Both the position numbers and the translations under genes were made by a program. Shown piece by piece: positions 63,001-64,000 of a DNA stretch of 64,000 nucleotides. The notes beneath the pieces were generated by a model, which worked only from the letters and a program-made list of their open reading frames with translations, did not search any database and was not told the origin of the DNA. Source of the DNA: Chrysomallon squamiferum (taxonomy: Eukaryota > Animalia > Mollusca). Location of the stretch: contig CM022667.1 of NCBI GenBank assembly GCA_012295275.1, positions 2,790,001 through 2,854,000 on the forward strand. The letters are read 5' to 3'. The number at the start of each line of letters is the position of its first letter. Position 1 is the first letter of the stretch.

Positions 63001-63843
63001 ACTGTAACTGTAATCTCTCGTACACGTATTTAAACTGTTAACTACTACGTACAGTAACTGTAATCTCTCGTACACGTATTTAAACTGTTAACTACAACGT
63101 ACAGTAACTGTAATCTCTCGTACAAACTATTTAAACTGTTAACTACTACGTTTAAACTGAACTACAACGTACAGTAACTGTAATCTCTCGTACACGTATT
63201 TAAACTGTTATCTACTAACGTTCTCGTACACGTATTTAAACTGTTAACTACTACGTACTGTAACTGTAATCTCTCGTACACGTATTTAAACTGTTGTCTA
63301 CTACGTACTGTAACTACAATCTCTCGCACACGTATTTAAACTGTTATCTACTACGTACAGTAACTGCAATCTCTCGTACACGTATTTAAATATTAAGTTT
63401 TACGTACTGTCTCCTGGTCCACTGACTGTTCCCTTCCCAGTGAAAGCGCCATACTGTGTGTGGAAATTACATACGGGTTTCTCACAACATTCTCCTGGTT
63501 TCTTCTCCATTTTACAGCCACTTGGAAGCGATCCGTAATGACCGCATCTGTGATACCAATAATCATGTTGTATCTAATCATGTTACATACGTCCTTTGAA
63601 CGGATCCTCGAGAACGATAGGTATGTTATAAACTGAACGAGATACAAACAGAAAGATAGAGAAACAGGCAAGAAATGAAAGACAGAAGTAGAAAGGAAAA
63701 GAGAGGAAGGTTTTATATATATACGTACACACTTTGACAGGACCACAACCCGACAGTAGAGTCCTTACACATACACTTGAACTCGCATCCCACCTGCCAC
63801 GTTTGTCCCTGGTAGTACTTCCCACCGTTGTACACACAAACAT
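50773..63843 (-). CDS. G1 (gene span, 5'-partial): paralogous ShK x4 / VWC-like x8 protein, 22 exons to TAG at 50773-50775
   Basis: 22 phase-consistent exons (3,020 nt) ending ...NYPPGYIEE*. Collinear with G2 from exon 12 onward. Confidence 0.9.
51014..51172. mobile_element. Degenerate hAT-type MITE (about 160 bp) in the last intron of G1
   Basis: Ends cagaaccatcttaa ... ttaagattgccttg resemble CAGGGCCGTCTTAA-type TIRs, with subterminal ggcccct..gtccagtgtgtccatg; TSD not clean. Confidence 0.45.
51594..51720 (-). CDS. G1 N-half exon
   Basis: GCLYKGKIYHQNEKWSDGCDFTCTC; 127 nt. Confidence 0.87.
52096..52196 (-). CDS. G1 C-half exon
   Basis: CQTYSNLPAGCTLKKAPGDCCAKPDC. Confidence 0.87.
52200..52680. 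repeat. About 30-bp degenerate minisatellite (cacatgtagaacagtgtgttagatcacgta)
   Basis: Direct reading; abuts the G1 acceptor at 52197. Confidence 0.85.
53084..53201 (-). CDS. G1 N-half exon
   Basis: GCYYKGRIYKQSEKWQDGCEYNCTC; 118 nt. Confidence 0.87.
53731..53850 (-). CDS. G1 Gly-rich linker exon
   Basis: DQLTSGGTVGGSGVTGPSGNQHGGGFSFFTEYPIDAFTGR; 120 nt, phase 1-1. Confidence 0.72.
54122..54238 (-). CDS. G1 ShK exon
   Basis: CHDKITNCNTYSKDACHDPYLQWAKTNCAKYCGLC. Confidence 0.87.
54616..54678 (-). CDS. G1 63-nt linker exon
   Basis: VPKTTAAPIPVIGHPTPISGS, phase 1-1. Confidence 0.75.
55146..55286 (-). CDS. G1 ShK exon
   Basis: CRDRLPNCDSYGPDGCVGNYRAWAEYNCRKHCGFC. Confidence 0.88.
55755..56017 (-). 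CDS. G1 C-half fused to ShK
   Basis: CPRYAALPQGCTLITDPNDRCCLKAEC...CQDKLQNCYLYGKWSCKDPYTKWAKDNCAKFCGFC. Confidence 0.88.
56484..56598 (-). CDS. G1 N-half exon
   Basis: ACIYKGNIHQQGTTWHDGCKYDCEC; 115 nt. Confidence 0.88.
57054..57265 (-). CDS. G1 C-half + linker
   Basis: CAKFTSIPLGCRMVPDPQDPLCCKVPEC. Confidence 0.87.
57808..57922 (-). CDS. G1 N-half exon
   Basis: FCVYRGYYYHQGEEWKDGCSLTCRC; 115 nt. Confidence 0.87.
58202..58350 (-). CDS. G1 C-half + linker
   Basis: CPKYQNLPPQCHLIPDPKNSCCQTYTC. Confidence 0.87.
58885..58999 (-). CDS. G1 N-half exon
   Basis: GCSYKGVIHQQGQKWTDGCQYNCEC; 115 nt. Confidence 0.87.
59160..59410 (-). CDS. G1 C-half + linker
   Basis: CAKFNNLPTGCVLKDTPADPCCQVPDC. 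Confidence 0.87.
59809..59923 (-). CDS. G1 N-half exon
   Basis: GCMYKGTLYKQGQQWHDSCQYSCSC; 115 nt. Confidence 0.87.
60043..60278 (-). CDS. G1 C-half + linker
   Basis: CPKYYNTPPSCQLVKIPGQCCKFLQC. Confidence 0.87.
60876..60990 (-). CDS. G1 N-half exon
   Basis: FCLYKGTKYTQGQRWTDGCNGECICENAKYGYYRC; 115 nt. Confidence 0.87.
61571..61597 (-). CDS. G1 27-nt linker exon TAAVLPGPN
   Basis: tttcag / gtaagt, phase 1-1; positional equivalent of G2 exon 15. Confidence 0.72.
61901..62038 (-). CDS. G1 ShK exon
   Basis: CVDVLPNCGAYDQNTCVAKQFREWAMANCRKHCNLC; 138 nt. Confidence 0.88.
62358..63390. repeat. 50-bp minisatellite, about 20 copies
   Basis: aactgttaactactacgtacagtaactgtaatctctcgtacacgtattta units. 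Confidence 0.95.
63408..63547 (-). CDS. G1 C-half exon (not shown in this frame in the ORF track)
   Basis: CGHYGSLPSGCKMEKKPGECCEKPVCNF; 140 nt. Confidence 0.87.
63729..63843 (-). CDS. G1 first visible exon, N-half
   Basis: VCVYNGGKYYQGQTWQVGCEFKCMC; 115 nt. Confidence 0.87.
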
Positions 63844-64000
63844 CTGTCGGAAAGAAAAATTTACATACACAACTAACTTGAATATACATTTGTTCGTTAT
63901 TTACATGACGTATAAAGTAATGCATCGTACGTATTCAAATATGAACATGAATATGTGTATATTGTAAGGCTCTGGATTAACACAATAAACAATACTATTA

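Noticed and set aside
62358-63390. Regular 25-50-bp arrays as CRISPR
   Set aside because: Head-to-tail units without unique spacers, no cas genes, spliceosomal eukaryotic context.

Overview
AT-rich, microsatellite-dense eukaryotic DNA, probably a lophotrochozoan or mollusc-like animal (inference from repeat landscape and protein architecture). Most ORF-track entries are microsatellite artefacts. Reading the minus strand by splice sites gives two tandem, collinear paralogous genes for large secreted Cys-rich matrix/mucus-type proteins. G1: 22 3'-terminal exons, 63843->50773, about 1,000 aa visible, 5' end outside the window. G2: promoter at about 48830, ATG 48783, at least 72 exons, about 12 kb coding or 4,000 aa, running off the left end. 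G2 architecture: signal peptide - VWA - VWA - ShK x2 - VWC-like x2 - ShK - VWC-like x27 with Pro/Thr-rich linkers - ShK x3 - continuing. Every 10-Cys VWC-like module is split into an N-half exon (usually 115 nt, phase 1->2) and a C-half+linker exon (phase 2->1). Main oddities: 5 vs 27 central modules between paralogs, a 4-module super-repeat, minisatellites that multiply splice sites, two apparent +1 homopolymer frameshifts, a GC-AG intron, a duplicated exon-like intronic element, and a CLEAR/E-box promoter with an overlapping uORF. No RNA genes, CRISPR or autonomous transposons recognised. All exon boundaries were assigned by eye and need RNA-seq confirmation.
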